DNA of 64,000 nucleotides from Eledone cirrhosa (GCA_964016885.1 OZ024741.1:301382001-301446000); one strand, 5' to 3'; positions 23,446 to 37,094 are shown, numbered from the stretch's first letter. The notes: generated by a model from the sequence alone, not told the origin. Translations and numbers: made by a program.

Positions 23446-23948
23446 CGTGTATGTGTGTGTGTTTATGGGTGCGCGCGAATGTGTGAGTAAGTGTTTTTGT
23501 GAATGTGTATGTTGATTTTTGGCATATAGTTGAATAGTTTAAGAGAAATTTGAAGATAATTGTATGATATGCACTCAATATTTTGAATTTGTCTACAGAA
23601 TTCTCTAAACCTTTGTCACTTAGTAGAACCTTAAAGAATTTAGCTTTTAAAGAATCTCCCTTTCCTTTAAATCCATCAACCATGATTGACCGCCACTGAT
23701 CTTATAGACACCTGTTAGCTTAAGAGAAACTTAATAATAAGGAGTGGCACCCCATCCTGAACTTGTTTATAGAATTCTTTCTGACTTTGTTACTCTAAAA
23801 ATAAAAATAAAAATAAACTATAGCTTTGTAGAATTAGCTTTTAATGAATTCCCTTTTCTATCAACCAATGACCTACACCCATCCCACTCCCTACCCTCTC
23901 CTACCACTTGAAGAGACCTATAAATACCATACTTATTTTTTGATACCC

Positions 23949-23999
23949 AGATTCCTGATGATTTCTAAAGAATGAAACAGTTATAGTCCTGTAGAATCT
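23949..23999 (+). ncRNA. Type I hammerhead ribozyme at the 3' end of a non-coding element (~23446-24015)
   Basis: AGAUUC-CUGAUGA-uUUC uaaa GAAu-GAAACAG uuauaguc CUGUA-GAAUCU; perfect 6-bp stem I, GUA site. Confidence 0.8.
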
Positions 24000-24031
24000 C
24001 ATCTATATTAAAACTATATATATATATATAT

Positions 24032-24441
24032 AGAGAAAATTGAGGTTGGTAATGGCACATGGAATATATAAGAGACAGAATACTTTTTTGTGAAAAAAAT
24101 AATTTTATAAGGTAAGGAAATAATAAAGGGTATAAAAAATGACCGGTTTCGATGGGTCTGCAAAAGCCATCTTTTCAAATGTTCATTAATATTAAGAAAA
24201 ATTAATAATACGAAGAGTTAAAATTTGAGACTTGAAAATTCAAGTATAAAATTCATTGTGGGATTTCATAGCAGTTTTCATCTAGGTAGCAACAACAGGT
24301 TGACTGCTGTGTCCCTTTCTGGTAGTGAATGAGAAGTTATTTGGGGTGTGGGTTATTTTTAGCAATAGCCAGCTGCTGGTCAGTGAGGGGGTGGAAGCAA
24401 TATACACACACATACCTTCATCCACACATACATACACATAC

Positions 24442-24498
<57 letters not shown>

Positions 24499-24567
24499 CA
24501 CACATACATACACACACACATACATATACATACACACATACACACACACACACATATATATACACAT

Positions 24568-24624
<57 letters not shown>

Positions 24625-24655
24625 TATATATACATACACATACATCCAGATACAC

Positions 24656-24702
<47 letters not shown>

Positions 24703-24707
24703 CACAC

Positions 24708-24751
<44 letters not shown>

Positions 24752-25020
24752 CCCCACAATGAATTTTATACTTGAATTTTCAAGTCTCAAATTTTAACTC
24801 TTCGTATTATTAATTTTTCTTAATATTAATGAACATTTGAAAAGATGGCTTTTGCAGACCCATCGAAACCGGTCATTTTTTATACCCTTTATTATTTCCT
24901 TACCTTATAAAATTATGTTTTTTCACAAAAAAGTATTCTGTCTCTTATATATTCCATGTGCCATTACCAACCTCAATTTTCTCTATAACCTTCGTTTTGT
25001 GTAGAAAATTACACTTTTCA
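24032..25020. mobile_element. ORF-less PLE-type element with ~230-bp inverted duplication; hammerheads at 24135-24184 (-) and 24831-24880 (+)
   Basis: 24032-24262 is the reverse complement of ~24753-24985; UUGAAAA-GAUGG..CCAUC-GAAAC cg GUC; weak stem I. Confidence 0.65.
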
Positions 25021-25042
25021 TATATATATATATATATATATA

Positions 25043-25379
25043 TTAGAAAGTGAGGTTTTTTTTACAAAATGAAAAATAACCGAGGTGTCCTACACGAGTA
25101 AAAGTATAAAGAATAAGAGATGAAATCGAAAATGCAACTGAAGTCTTATTTTTTTTTTAAATATATATATTTATTTGGTTCCTTTACCGGTTTCGCAGTT
25201 CTTCTGCTTTTCAAAAGGTGAGTTGAGATGGAGGGTCTGTGGTTTAAAACCACAGACCCTCCATCTCAACTCACCTTTTGAAAAGCAGAAGAACTGCGAA
25301 ACCGGTAAAGGAACCAAATAAATATATATATTTTTTAAAAAATAAGACTCCAGTTGCATTTTCGATTTCATCTCTTATT

Positions 25380-25381
<2 letters not shown>
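25043..25381. mobile_element. Head-to-head palindrome of the Neptune-like pLTR end, hammerheads at 25181-25218 (-) and 25274-25311 (+)
   Basis: Both arms match 13777-13980; centre ~25245; CCUU-UUGAAAA-GCAG..CUGC-GAAAC cg GUA-AAGG. Confidence 0.8.
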
Positions 25382-25457
<76 letters not shown>

Positions 25458-26485
25458 GTGAGTACGCATGCGTGTATTGCAAAGAAATCAATCATCGCTG
25501 CGTAAATGGGGATATTTATTACTTGTGTCAAATAAACTAAATTAAAAATTACAACGTAAACGCTATTTTCTCGCCAGCCATACGAAGAAATATAAGACAC
25601 ATATTTTGTATAGAACAGTGGTTAAAATTATGTTATTTGTATAATAGATGAAACACTAAGATACAGATTGAAGAAATATGTTTTCGATTGCATTTAGTTT
25701 TGTATTTTGTTTCTATTCCTTCATATTCGAAAGATTTATGCTCCTCTTTATTATTCATGACTAGTGGGAACATGTGCAATATGAAAGAAATAACAGAACA
25801 TTTTTGACTGCAATTTTTGACGCTATAATGTAGGAGGAAATTCAATGTCTAAATAACACATATAATTACAGTTTTATTATTCATGTACGTCCTTAATTTC
25901 ACATTATATAGAGAGAATAAATGTATTCATGTATGTTATATGCTGTTTCTTTTTACCTCAGTCATGTTGAACGATAACGTTAGATGTGCCTACTTTCCAT
26001 AAACAGACAATTAGCATATTTGTGTGTATGGAATTAAAAAACATAATTGCATTTAGATTATATTTGTTTTAATATACTTGTGAAATTGTCACACACTGAA
26101 TATTTTACAAAATTATAGTGTATCTGCAGATCAGTAGTTGGAATAAAGAAATATGTTTGTTTTATATTTGTCAACCTGACCTCATATTTAACTGCCATCT
26201 GATAACGAATAATAATAATTAACATGCAACAAAAAAACATGTGCTAATTGATGAATCGTACACAATTCTACATAACAATAAGTTGTTTTGAATTGGTATA
26301 GGCGTGTATCGCATTGTTTAATAGGAAGTGACTAAGGACAGCAAGAGGAAATTGTTGGCAATGGTGGGTATGCATCAATTTCGCGTAACAACCAATTCTG
26401 GAATTCCTCCAACGTGTGTCCAGATGAAACTTGAGCCAAGAGAACTCGTAACTAAATTAAATTTTGGTGCCGTTTCCATTGAATC

Positions 26486-26597
<112 letters not shown>

Positions 26598-26645
26598 GTG
26601 TGTGTAGATATAGATATATAGGATGTGTATGTGTATGTGTGTGTA

Positions 26646-26676
<31 letters not shown>

Positions 26677-26677
26677 T

Positions 26678-27230
26678 CATAATTCTCTTATTTTACGTCT
26701 TTCATATAATTGTTCTGCATCCCCTTGCATTGAACTGCAAAGTTACTAAGACTAAACCTATATATATTTGCTAGCATAGGTATGCATCTGTATACATATG
26801 TTGGTAGATATATTAATTCTTTATAATTATCTCCAAATTATTTGTTGAGCAAAAATTTGCCGAAATTACTACTATGGTTCATGGTAGTGGTCAGGCTCCT
26901 GTCTTAATAACATCCCACTCCTCACTGATTAACCTCAGTGTTACGTGATTGATTCTTTCGAATTTGCCACTGACCAAGTAGGCAGTGAATTTTTTCAATG
27001 CCCTGGAATTTAGTACCCGCTCGCTTTTTTCCATCCATTGAATTATTTTTATATGAGTTCCTTGTGTCCACGCATTGCCTTGGAACTTAGCTGAGAATAG
27101 ACTCGCTGATGATGTAAGGTTTCTCTGTGATTACGTTGCGTAACCATATTTATTCCCTTACAGAAACTAATTAGTTGGAGTGAAATTTTAGTAAAGTAAG
27201 TCAATTTTCATAATTCTCTTATTTTACGTC

Positions 27231-27238
<8 letters not shown>
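26678..27238 (+). mobile_element. ~530-bp ORF-less hammerhead element with ~30-bp terminal redundancy, in (TA)n
   Basis: cataattctcttattttacgtctttcatat at both ends; contains HHR 27101-27181. Confidence 0.7.
27101..27181 (+). ncRNA. Type I hammerhead with extended stem II
   Basis: ACUCg-CUGAUGA-UGUAAGG[36 nt with hairpin]CCUUACA-GAAAC uaauua GUU-gGAGU. Confidence 0.7.
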
Positions 27239-27273
<35 letters not shown>

Positions 27274-27465
27274 AGTAAGTATTAAATTACGTATAACCCA
27301 CTCAATGAATTTGGAAAGTTTCCATGTTGTGAATACGTTTCCGCAAGAAGTCAGATTGTACACAAGACGCTAAACAGTGGACAAACGGTTTAGTATGGGA
27401 ACAATTATACTGTATCAGTTTTATTACCGCGTCCTATATGAGCCGATGCAATTGCAACCGCCTCA

Positions 27466-27521
<56 letters not shown>

Positions 27522-27657
27522 AAGAATCAAGAGTAACATGGTTTGCTGTACAATGGCTTTATTTCATGTATTAACAGGATTGCCTATAACGATAACTTGT
27601 TATCCCATATATATATACATATATATATATATATACATACATATATGAGTGTATGAG

Positions 27658-27715
<58 letters not shown>

Positions 27716-27752
27716 GAAAATAAACCAAAGAAGCCTTCAATACATCAAAAGT

Positions 27753-27806
27753 CTTTATTAGCCAACAATGTTTCGTCCTAATAAGGACTCATCAGGGCAA
27801 TTAAAG
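27753..27806 (-). ncRNA. Minimal type I hammerhead (PLE-B inverted pLTR)
   Basis: Minus strand GCC-CUGAUGA-GUCCU uauu AGGAC-GAAAC auu GUU-GGC. Confidence 0.85.
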
Positions 27807-30800
27807 CTATAAGAAGCAGTATCGGCCAATACAAGCCAAAAACTCAATAGTGAGGGTCTTAAGATAGTCTCGGACCTTGGCCTCGATAAGTATACCCAGC
27901 CATGTTACCCTAGGGAACCGAGATTCACTCTTAAGGATCATAAGGTAGACTTCATTAGTAATCCCTCTGTTAGACTCATCTGTCCTTCTAAGTCTGATAT
28001 AGCCATAATTAGTAAGAAAATCCTTGACCTTATTATACCAGATGTTAGGGAGAAGGTTAATTTTAACCTATGGGGGAACACTAAGGAGGTTATAGATTGG
28101 TTCTCTGGTATTAATAAACTTGAATCTAGTAGGCGTATCCAGTTCGATATTGATGCCTATTACACATCGATTTCACCCATCCTCCTTAATAAAGCCTTAA
28201 TGTTGACCATGAGAGTGTCCAGCCTTACACGATCACAGGTAGATATTATACTAGCAGCCCGTAGAACTATCATTAATTTTGAGGATACATTTAGGACCCG
28301 TAAAAACACGCCCAACAATTTCGACGTTACAATGGGTTCGGGTGATTCGGCCCAGGTAACTGATCTTGTTGGGCTGTTCCTCCTAAATGAACTATATGTT
28401 ACCTTTCCGCACCTTAAAGGCGGACTTTATCGTGACGATGCATTGTTTGTGATTAACTCTAGCACCAACAACGTCGAGCATAATAAGAAGAAGCTTTATA
28501 AGTTTTTTAAAAGCTATAACCTTTCGATCACGATAGATAGAAATGATAGAGCGGTCAACTTTTTAGATGTGACTTTGGACTTGGTCACTAATAGTTTTAA
28601 ACCCTTCCATAAGCCTAATGAAATACTCTCTTATGTTAGTCCCAATTCTAACCACCCCAAATCTATGATAAGCTCTATAATTAATGGTGTATCTAATATG
28701 ATTTCCACACTCTCTAAGGACGTAGGAACATTTAATGCACATGCAGAGTACTATAATAATGCCCTAGCTAACTCCGGTTAGTCTGGTAAAATACATTATA
28801 ATAATAGTAACCTTAGAAAGTCTCCGCTTACTTATAATAATAATAACATAATATCCCATAATATGGCCATGAATGGGAGTAGAAAGCATAAGAATCGTAG
28901 AAATCACATAGGTGTATCTGAACCCATCCATAAGTTAAGCCACCGGATTCGTAATAGGGAATCTAATAGTTCTAGGAATCAAGTCGAGCCCTCTGAGCGC
29001 TCACTCAGTGGTAATGCTTTTGCTAAATCTAATTCTAATAGTGTTGTTTCTACTGATCCTATTATTAGCCCTAATCCTTTTGATATGATTCCAGATAGCA
29101 GCAGATATACTAAAGGTAGAAACAGAAAGAGACTTAATGGAGTTTCGGCTGATTCTAATAATATGGTTTAACTAGTCCTTGTAGTAACCCAAATCCTAAT
29201 AATGGGATATTAGATAACGGTAGAGTTGGTAAGGATAAAAATAGAAGGAAACTAAATACTTATTTTAACCCGCCATATAATCAGGAAGTATTAACTAACA
29301 TCCCTAGGTCTTTCTTTTCTATCTTAGAGAAAACTTTCCCTCCTACTAATAAATACCATAGTATTTTTAATAAAAATGTAATTAAACTTTCATTCTCTAC
29401 CACCCCTAATATTAGTTCTCATTTAGCTAGCACTAACAATGGGAAAATTAGGGATGGATACTCCTCTCTACGTACTGCTAGTCTGAATAGATCCATAAAT
29501 GCCTTACCACCTGAGCAGACCTTATCTCATAGTAACCCTACGTGTGATGCATCACTACTTCAGCCGATCAATAGCACCCAGAAGTGTAACTGTAGAGTGA
29601 GCGTTAACTGCCCTTTAGACGGTAACTGCCTCTCTAAGAACATCGTTTATGCTTGTGTAGTTAAAACTAATTCCTCTAATAGCACATATATAGGCTCTAC
29701 ATCTAACACTTTTAAGACTAGGTTTAATTCTCATATCTCTAATTTTAAACATGTTAAGTTTAAGAATTCTACTTCTTTAGAACACCATATCTGGGATCTT
29801 AAGGGGGCTAATATACCATATAGCCTTAATTGGCGAATAGTAGCACGCTCTAATAACCTTTCAACACATACTAAATTTTGTAATCTCTGTATCCTTGAGA
29901 CCCACTCTATAATTTTCTCTAGGGAAACCTTACTTAATAGAAAGTCTGAGATATTCTCTTCTTGCCCCCACGCCTTTTCTAATTCTTACTTTTATTATAA
30001 ACCTAAAGGTTCTGGTAGTGTAAATTGTATCCATTAGCTGCTATATTCCCTTATCTTTTTAGTTTAGGTTCATTTTGTTTACCACCATCATTATCAGCAT
30101 TATTATTATTGGTTTTTAACAGCTTTTCATTCTAGCTTCCATAGTCTTTTGGCTACCATACCATATCTATCTTCTTAAATATTATATTTTCACTATTAAC
30201 ACCTTATGAGTTTATATCTGATTATATATTTTATTTTATATTATTTTATTTTATTTTCTTTGGATTCTTCTTTGGATAATTAACCCCCCCCCACCACCAC
30301 CACCACCACCACCACCACACACACACACACTTAATATTCGCCCCTTCAAATATACTATAATTATATTCAATTCCCTTTTATGCTCCTTTCTATTGTATAA
30401 TACAGTATATTGATTATGATGTTATGCTCTTTCGTATCCTCCATACATTTCTTTTTTCTGTCCCTATTGGCCTACCATAATTCTATTTAAAGTCCGCTAT
30501 TAAATAACGTTATTCAACTGATTGTAGAATATTTCATTCTTTTCTAGATATTTTTATAGTGATATCTTAAACTTTGGAGATTTTGATTACTTAAACCATA
30601 GCTAATTTTGTATTGACTTATTATGTATTTTAAATACTTTCAATATTAATTAATATAATAGGATTTTCTAGTCATTTATCCGGGTTTGTTTCCTATATTT
30701 TTTACTTAACTGTATGTGACACCTAAGTAAATACTTTTGTTTTTGTTTTTCGATTTCCGGTTGATTTTATTTATATATTTATACTACCGTGCGTTGTTTT

Positions 30801-31497
30801 CTGTCTGGTTCTTATTCACTTATTCACAAATGTCTGTCCACCAACCACGTAATTATGTATAGTATACTATGTTCAATATTTGATATTGAAGTTGTTATAT
30901 CATTCCACTCTTTGTAAACGTACTATTTATCTCTATTATTTACCGATTATTAAATGTACCATTATGTTAAATTTTGTAAATTCTGTAATATGTTTATATT
31001 TTTATAATTTTTGTAATGTTTGGATAATATTCATTTACACCAATTGTATAGAAACTTGACCTCCATCTGTTTTCTTGCAGTGGTTGTGATATTTTTCCAA
31101 CATAATTTTTTCCAACATAATTTAGTTCTGTATGATATTTTTTCTCACCCGGTCTGTAACTCTATATGATTTGTTAAGTTATATGCCATTATATTATAAT
31201 ATTTTTATTATAGTGTTATTGTAACATTTATATTGTTTTTGCAATTAACCGGAGATTATCTATTATATAATTATATAGTTTATTATATATTATGTTTACT
31301 TTTAATCATTTCTTCTTCATTTTATACTGTAAATAATATATGTATTATATTTTTATTTTTATTTTTATTTTTATTTTTATTTTTATTTTTTTTTTATTTT
31401 TAATTTTTTTTTTTTTATTTTTTATTTTTTTTTTTTTTTATTTTTATTTTTTTTTTATTTTTATTTATTTTTTTTTTTTTTTATATTTAAACTCAAA

Positions 31498-31676
31498 ATT
31501 GTTTCTACTTTAGGCACAAGGCCAGCAATTATCCAGTGCATTACTGGTGCTTTATTTTATCGACCCCGTAAGGATGAAAGGCAAAGTCAACCTCGGCGGG
31601 ATTTGAACTCAGATCGTAAAGGGACATAACTATGCTGGAAAGCATGGCGTCCGACCCTCTACCGATACTGCCAATG
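31498..31676 (-). mobile_element. SINE (same family as the 45774-46577 array)
   Basis: aaggatgaaaggcaaagtcaacctcggcgggatttgaactcag; B-box-like GAGTTCAAATCCC on the minus strand. Confidence 0.75.
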
Positions 31677-31732
31677 TGTTAGTTTGTGCTTGCATTGATG
31701 GAAATGTGTATTGATATATATGTATATATGTG

Positions 31733-31772
<40 letters not shown>

Positions 31773-31775
<3 letters not shown>

Positions 31776-34057
31776 TCATCATCATCATCATCAGGTTTAG
31801 CGTCCGTGTTCCACGCTTGCATGGGTTTGGACGGGGGTTTTCCCACTTGAGGCAAGAGTGGTTGTCTTGCTCGCATAGGACTGTCTGGCGGGTTTTCTAC
31901 AGTTGGATGCCCTTCCTAACACCAACCACATTTACAGTGTGGGGCTGGGAGGTTTTTACCGTGTTGCCTACACGGCCACATTACAGCGTGGACTGTCTGG
32001 CGGGTTTTCTACAGCTGGATGCCCTTCCTAACACCAACCACATTTACAGTGTGGGGCTGGGAGGTTTTTACCGTGTTGCCTACACGGCCACATTTACAGC
32101 GTGGACTGTGTGTTTTTTTGTCGTGACGCCTACACGATCTCATTTGTTTCGGCCTGGATGTTGTGGGACCAACATAACTTTACATTGAAAGGGGAGGTGT
32201 GGATGGGGTGGAGGTGGTGGGACGGGGGGTGTTTTGATAGAGATGCCTACTGACTGTAGTAGGTTTTTACTTTGTATTTAGGTAAGGCGGGTCTTCTCTA
32301 TTACTGAGTACCGCCAAAGGTCTCGGTCCAGTGACATTGTCTTGGAGAGGTGTAAGCGTGTGAGGTCGGAATTTATCACTCGTCCCATGTTTTTCTGGGT
32401 CTGCCTACTCCGTGGCTACCGTCTATCTTTATTGCCCTGCACTTTGTTATACAACTGTCGTCTTTCATGCGCATCACGTGACCGTACCAACGTAGCCTTC
32501 TCTCGAGTAAACAACATCTGATCCCTCTTATTTCTAATTTTTTCCTTAGTTCGTTTATGCTTTGCCGTTCACGTATATTACTATTGCACATCCAGCGGAG
32601 CATGCAAGCTTCGTTCCTCTCTAGTCTGCGTATATCCTCTGCACACAATGCCCAGGTCTCACTGCTATGCAGCATTGCTGTTCGTATGCAGGCATCGTAT
32701 AACCTGCCTTTCATTTTTAGGGAGAACCCTCTAGCGGCTAATAGTGGTATAAGCTCTCTGAACTTTTTCTATCCAGTTCTGACTCTAGCTACTGTACTTT
32801 CAGAGCACCCTCCCCCACTGCTGATTTTGTCACCCAGGTAACGGAAGCTGTCCACTATTTCTATAGAACCCTCTGCGCAGTTGAAGGAGCTAGTATTTTG
32901 TGGGCACTTGCTGCTACTTATTGCACCAGAGCACCGGCCACATGTAAAATCTATGTTCTTAGTTAGCTTACCTGTGATCCCACTACATCTTTTAAGCACC
33001 CATACTTTGCATTTGGGACATAAAATGGAGTTTCTACCTACGCCTTTCCTACACACTGAGCATGGCCATTTCCCAGATGGGACCGCCGCCTTATTTTCTT
33101 TCCTACAAACTAGAACTTTAGTCTTAGCGAGGTTAATTTTAAGGCCTTTTGATTCTAGGCCGTGCTTCCATGTTTGGAATTTCTTCTCTAGTTCGGTCAT
33201 TGATTCAGCTATGAGAATTAGATCATCTGCGTATAGGAGTTCCCATGGGCAGCCGGTCTTGAACTCCTCTGTTATAGCCTGAAGGGCAATAATAAATAGT
33301 AGGGGGCTAAGAACAGAGCCCTGATGGACACCAACTTTTACGCTAAACTCTTCACTATATTCGTTGTTAATTCTAACCTTACTGACTGTTTCTTTATACA
33401 TGGCTTGTATAGCTCTCACAAGCCATTCGTCAACACCTAGTTTTCTAAGAGACCACCAGATAATGGAACGGGGGACTCTGTCGAAGGCTTTCTCCAAGTC
33501 GACGAAAGCTAAGTATAGGGGTTTACTTTTAGCTAGGTACTTCTCCTGTAGTTGTCGTACAATGAAAAGAGCGTCTGTGGTACTTTTGCCTGACACAAAC
33601 CCGAACTGCATTTCATCTAGATCAATTCTCTCTCTGATTAGTTGCGCTATTACTTTTTCCGTGACCTTCATGACCTGGTCGATTAATTTAATGCCTCTAT
33701 AGTTACTCCTATCTAGGGCATCTCCTTTTCCCTTATAGCAGTTAACGATGATGCTGCTACGCCAGTCCTTCGGAACAACCCCATTCTGTACGACTTGGTT
33801 AACTATCCGGGTGATCATGGTGTGTCCCACCAAACCAGATGCCTTCAGCATCTCAGCAACTATTTACGAAGGATCAGCCGCCTTACCCGTCTTCATATCT
33901 TTGATTGCCTTGCTTATTGTACCACCCTGGACTAACACTGCTGGTTCCTCTATTGGGTCGATGTGGGGGACTGTCTTTCTCCCATTTGTTCTCCTCATTT
34001 AGAAGCCTTTCGTAGTGACACTTCCAAGCTACCTTCTTATCAGCGTCGGTGATGGCA

Positions 34058-34058
<1 letters not shown>
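31773..34058 (-). mobile_element. RTE-clade LINE, 5'-truncated, (GAT)n tail; RT ORF 32769-33851 and C-terminus 32376-32714
   Basis: YRGIKL, QFGF, DLEKAFD, HQGSVLSP, YADD, RLRWYGHV, GRPRKTW; 113-bp tandem duplication in the 3' UTR. Confidence 0.9.
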
Positions 34059-34154
<96 letters not shown>

Positions 34155-34446
34155 GCCTTTTAATATTATTATTATTATCATTATCAATTATATTATATTA
34201 TATTATATTATATTATATTATATTATATTATATTATATTATATATAGTACAATAATTCCCGCTCTATATCACCACCTTTGTTAAGCTTTAGTTTTTGCAT
34301 TGGACTATATTTGTAATATGGTTCAAAATGTTATTCACTTCCTTACCAATTTTTACTTGATAATTTTTACCCGATAATTTTCCTATGCTTTAATGTATGT
34401 ACACTCCATATTCTTCTGAGTTTTTGGCCGATAGTGCTTCTTATAG

Positions 34447-34500
34447 CTTTAATTGCCCTGATGAGTCCTTAATAGGACGAAACATTGTTGGCTAATAAAG
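34447..34500 (+). ncRNA. Minimal type I hammerhead (PLE-B 3' pLTR)
   Basis: GCC-CUGAUGA-GUCCU uaau AGGAC-GAAAC auu GUU-GGC; fully canonical core. Confidence 0.85.
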
Positions 34501-34639
34501 ACTTTTGATGTATTGAAGGCTTCTTTGGTTTATTTTCATAATTCTTCGGCTCTGTTTAATTACATTGAGCTATACCTTTACTGTCATTTCTATAATACGA
34601 AGAGGGTGTTTAACTCCAACACACTCTAGTATTTTAATT

Positions 34640-34711
<72 letters not shown>

Positions 34712-34714
<3 letters not shown>

Positions 34715-36370
34715 GATAACAGAGATAGAAGCGTTTGCCCCTTAAATGGCAACTGTTTGATTAATAATGTAATATATAAATGCACTGTGTCTACTACTGA
34801 CCCAACAAAACATATATAGGATCTACATCGAACACATTTAAGAAAAGATATTACGCACACTCCAGTAGCTTTAACAATACTAAGCTAGCTAACATCACAC
34901 CTTTAGCTGAAGCAGTAAATAACTATAAAAAGAAAAAATAGATTTCAAGCTATCGTGGGATACCATTCTACAAAGAACTCCATATCTTTGGAACAGGAGA
35001 GAATGCAGGTTATGTTCCGGAGAGATCTTGGAAATTACTAAATCTAAGGACGATTTATTCAATAAAAGACAAGAAACTGATTATAGGTTGTAATCACCGT
35101 ATACGAAAAACATTTAAGTACTATAAACCTAATTAAACATTCTAAATAGCAGCTCACCATAGCTCTATGTGACGTACCTTTTATTAGTATCCCCATCTCC
35201 TAATTATACGCCTTCCTGTTAATTTTTTACCTTTTAATTTTTTAGCTTCCATTGATTCATGCGTTACTGACTAAGGACATCAAGGTACATAACCACCTGT
35301 AATTGCATGGGTATACATGTATCTATGTATGTATGATAAGAGAATATATATATATATATGTGTGTATATGTGTATGTGTGTGTGTATGTATATGTACATG
35401 TATGTGTGTGTATATATATATATGTGTATATATATGTATGTATATATATATATGTATGTATGTCTGCGTGTATATGCGCATATGTGTATGTATGTATCTA
35501 TGTATGCGTATGTATGTTTTTAATGGAGTATCTATGTAATTATACCTCTATCTATATATTGAGTTTATGTACTTTTGTGATCTAGGGAAATTATGCGTTT
35601 TGGCTATATGTCAACATGCATTTATCTGGGATTGATTACTTATACATAGACCTACTTGAAAATATTTACAATTTTATATTTTATGATACATCATACGCTG
35701 TACTATACTATATACAATGAACCATACTGCACTATATTATATTACATTATATTATATTATTATATTATTGTATTTTATTATCTTATTATAATTTTCATCT
35801 TTTAATATACTATCCTTCCTTGTTATGACCATTACTTTACCTATTTAACCTAGTTATTTCCGTATATTTCATATTTCTTTATTTATATTCACCTAAAAAC
35901 TCCATACAATACAACTCAACATATAATTTTTACATCCCTTTTTAAACTTCACTCCACCATCTACATTCCACTATCAATACAGCAATCCCTTTTCTTCATA
36001 GGTTCTTCATAGTAATTATATGTTTAACACCATTCAACCATTCCTTTCAAAAGCCTTAACTAGAGTGAGTTATATTTCGTCTTAATATCATATGGTAAAA
36101 CACCATTTGATTGGTTTGTTCTTCAGCTACCTCCAAATAAGGTCATAGAACTCAATTTACTATTGATTTTGAATAAAATTGTCATTGCTTTTGACAACGG
36201 CTGACGATATAGACGTAGGTAAATATATTCCTTATTTGATATTTTGTAACTAACCTTACATAGATCGATAAGGAATTATACGTACGATGTATTATTATCA
36301 CCTAAAAACGATCGTAAAGCAGTGAGGTATATTCCTAACGACTTGAATTTTTATTTCATTGTTTTAACTT
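34712..36370 (+). mobile_element. 3' fragment of another PLE (GIY-YIG plus 3' region ending in a degenerate hammerhead at 36182-36325)
   Basis: RDRSVCPLNGNCLINNVIYKC..YIGSTSNTFKKRYYAH (frameshifted). Confidence 0.75.
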
Positions 36371-36996
36371 ATATATATATATACATATATATATATATTA
36401 TTGGAAATGCGAGGAAAACGGGACTTTACACAGATATATATTTCTGTATCTGTGTGTATATATACTATTACTATGTTGTGTGTGTGTATATATATATACG
36501 GATGTGTGTAAAAATTATTCATATCAATACATTTCATATAAATTAGTCGTTTCAATAAATGTATTTCTATTTAATTCTTTAAAATTAATAAATCTTTCGT
36601 CTATATAAACTCATATTTGGCAGTGATATATTGACGTTAAATCATTTATTTTGTATTTGCAATAAAACATCTGACTTCTAATTAATCAAATTTTCTTTCT
36701 CCTCGCTCTTCTATGAAATCTTCGCAACTCTCCCAACTCTAGCATATATAACACCCGGACATATAGGACTTGTCTTCTTCACTCTTTCCTGTTTCTTTCT
36801 TGGTTCTTTTAATATATATACTTTTTTTTTTTTTTGCTATCCTATCACTTGTGTTATTCTTTACAGCGTATCATAAATTCGTCATGAGCTTTGTTTGATT
36901 GAAAGAAAATCTCTTTCAAAACACTTCTTCGTAATCTGTTTCCGTTTTTGCCAATGTCTCCCTTCTAACAATTACTTATATTTAAACCATTCAATT

Positions 36997-37094
<98 letters not shown>

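Larger units (their letters stand above)
27712..34642 (+). mobile_element. Penelope-like element family B: inverted pLTR piece (27712-27845), decayed RT-GIY-YIG ORF (~27850-30037), long 3' region interrupted by a SINE and an RTE
   Basis: FTLKDHK, GLYRDDA, NFLDVTL, SNHP, CNCRVSVNCPLDGNC, YIGST; 3' continuity shown by the copy at 57173-60142. Confidence 0.85.
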
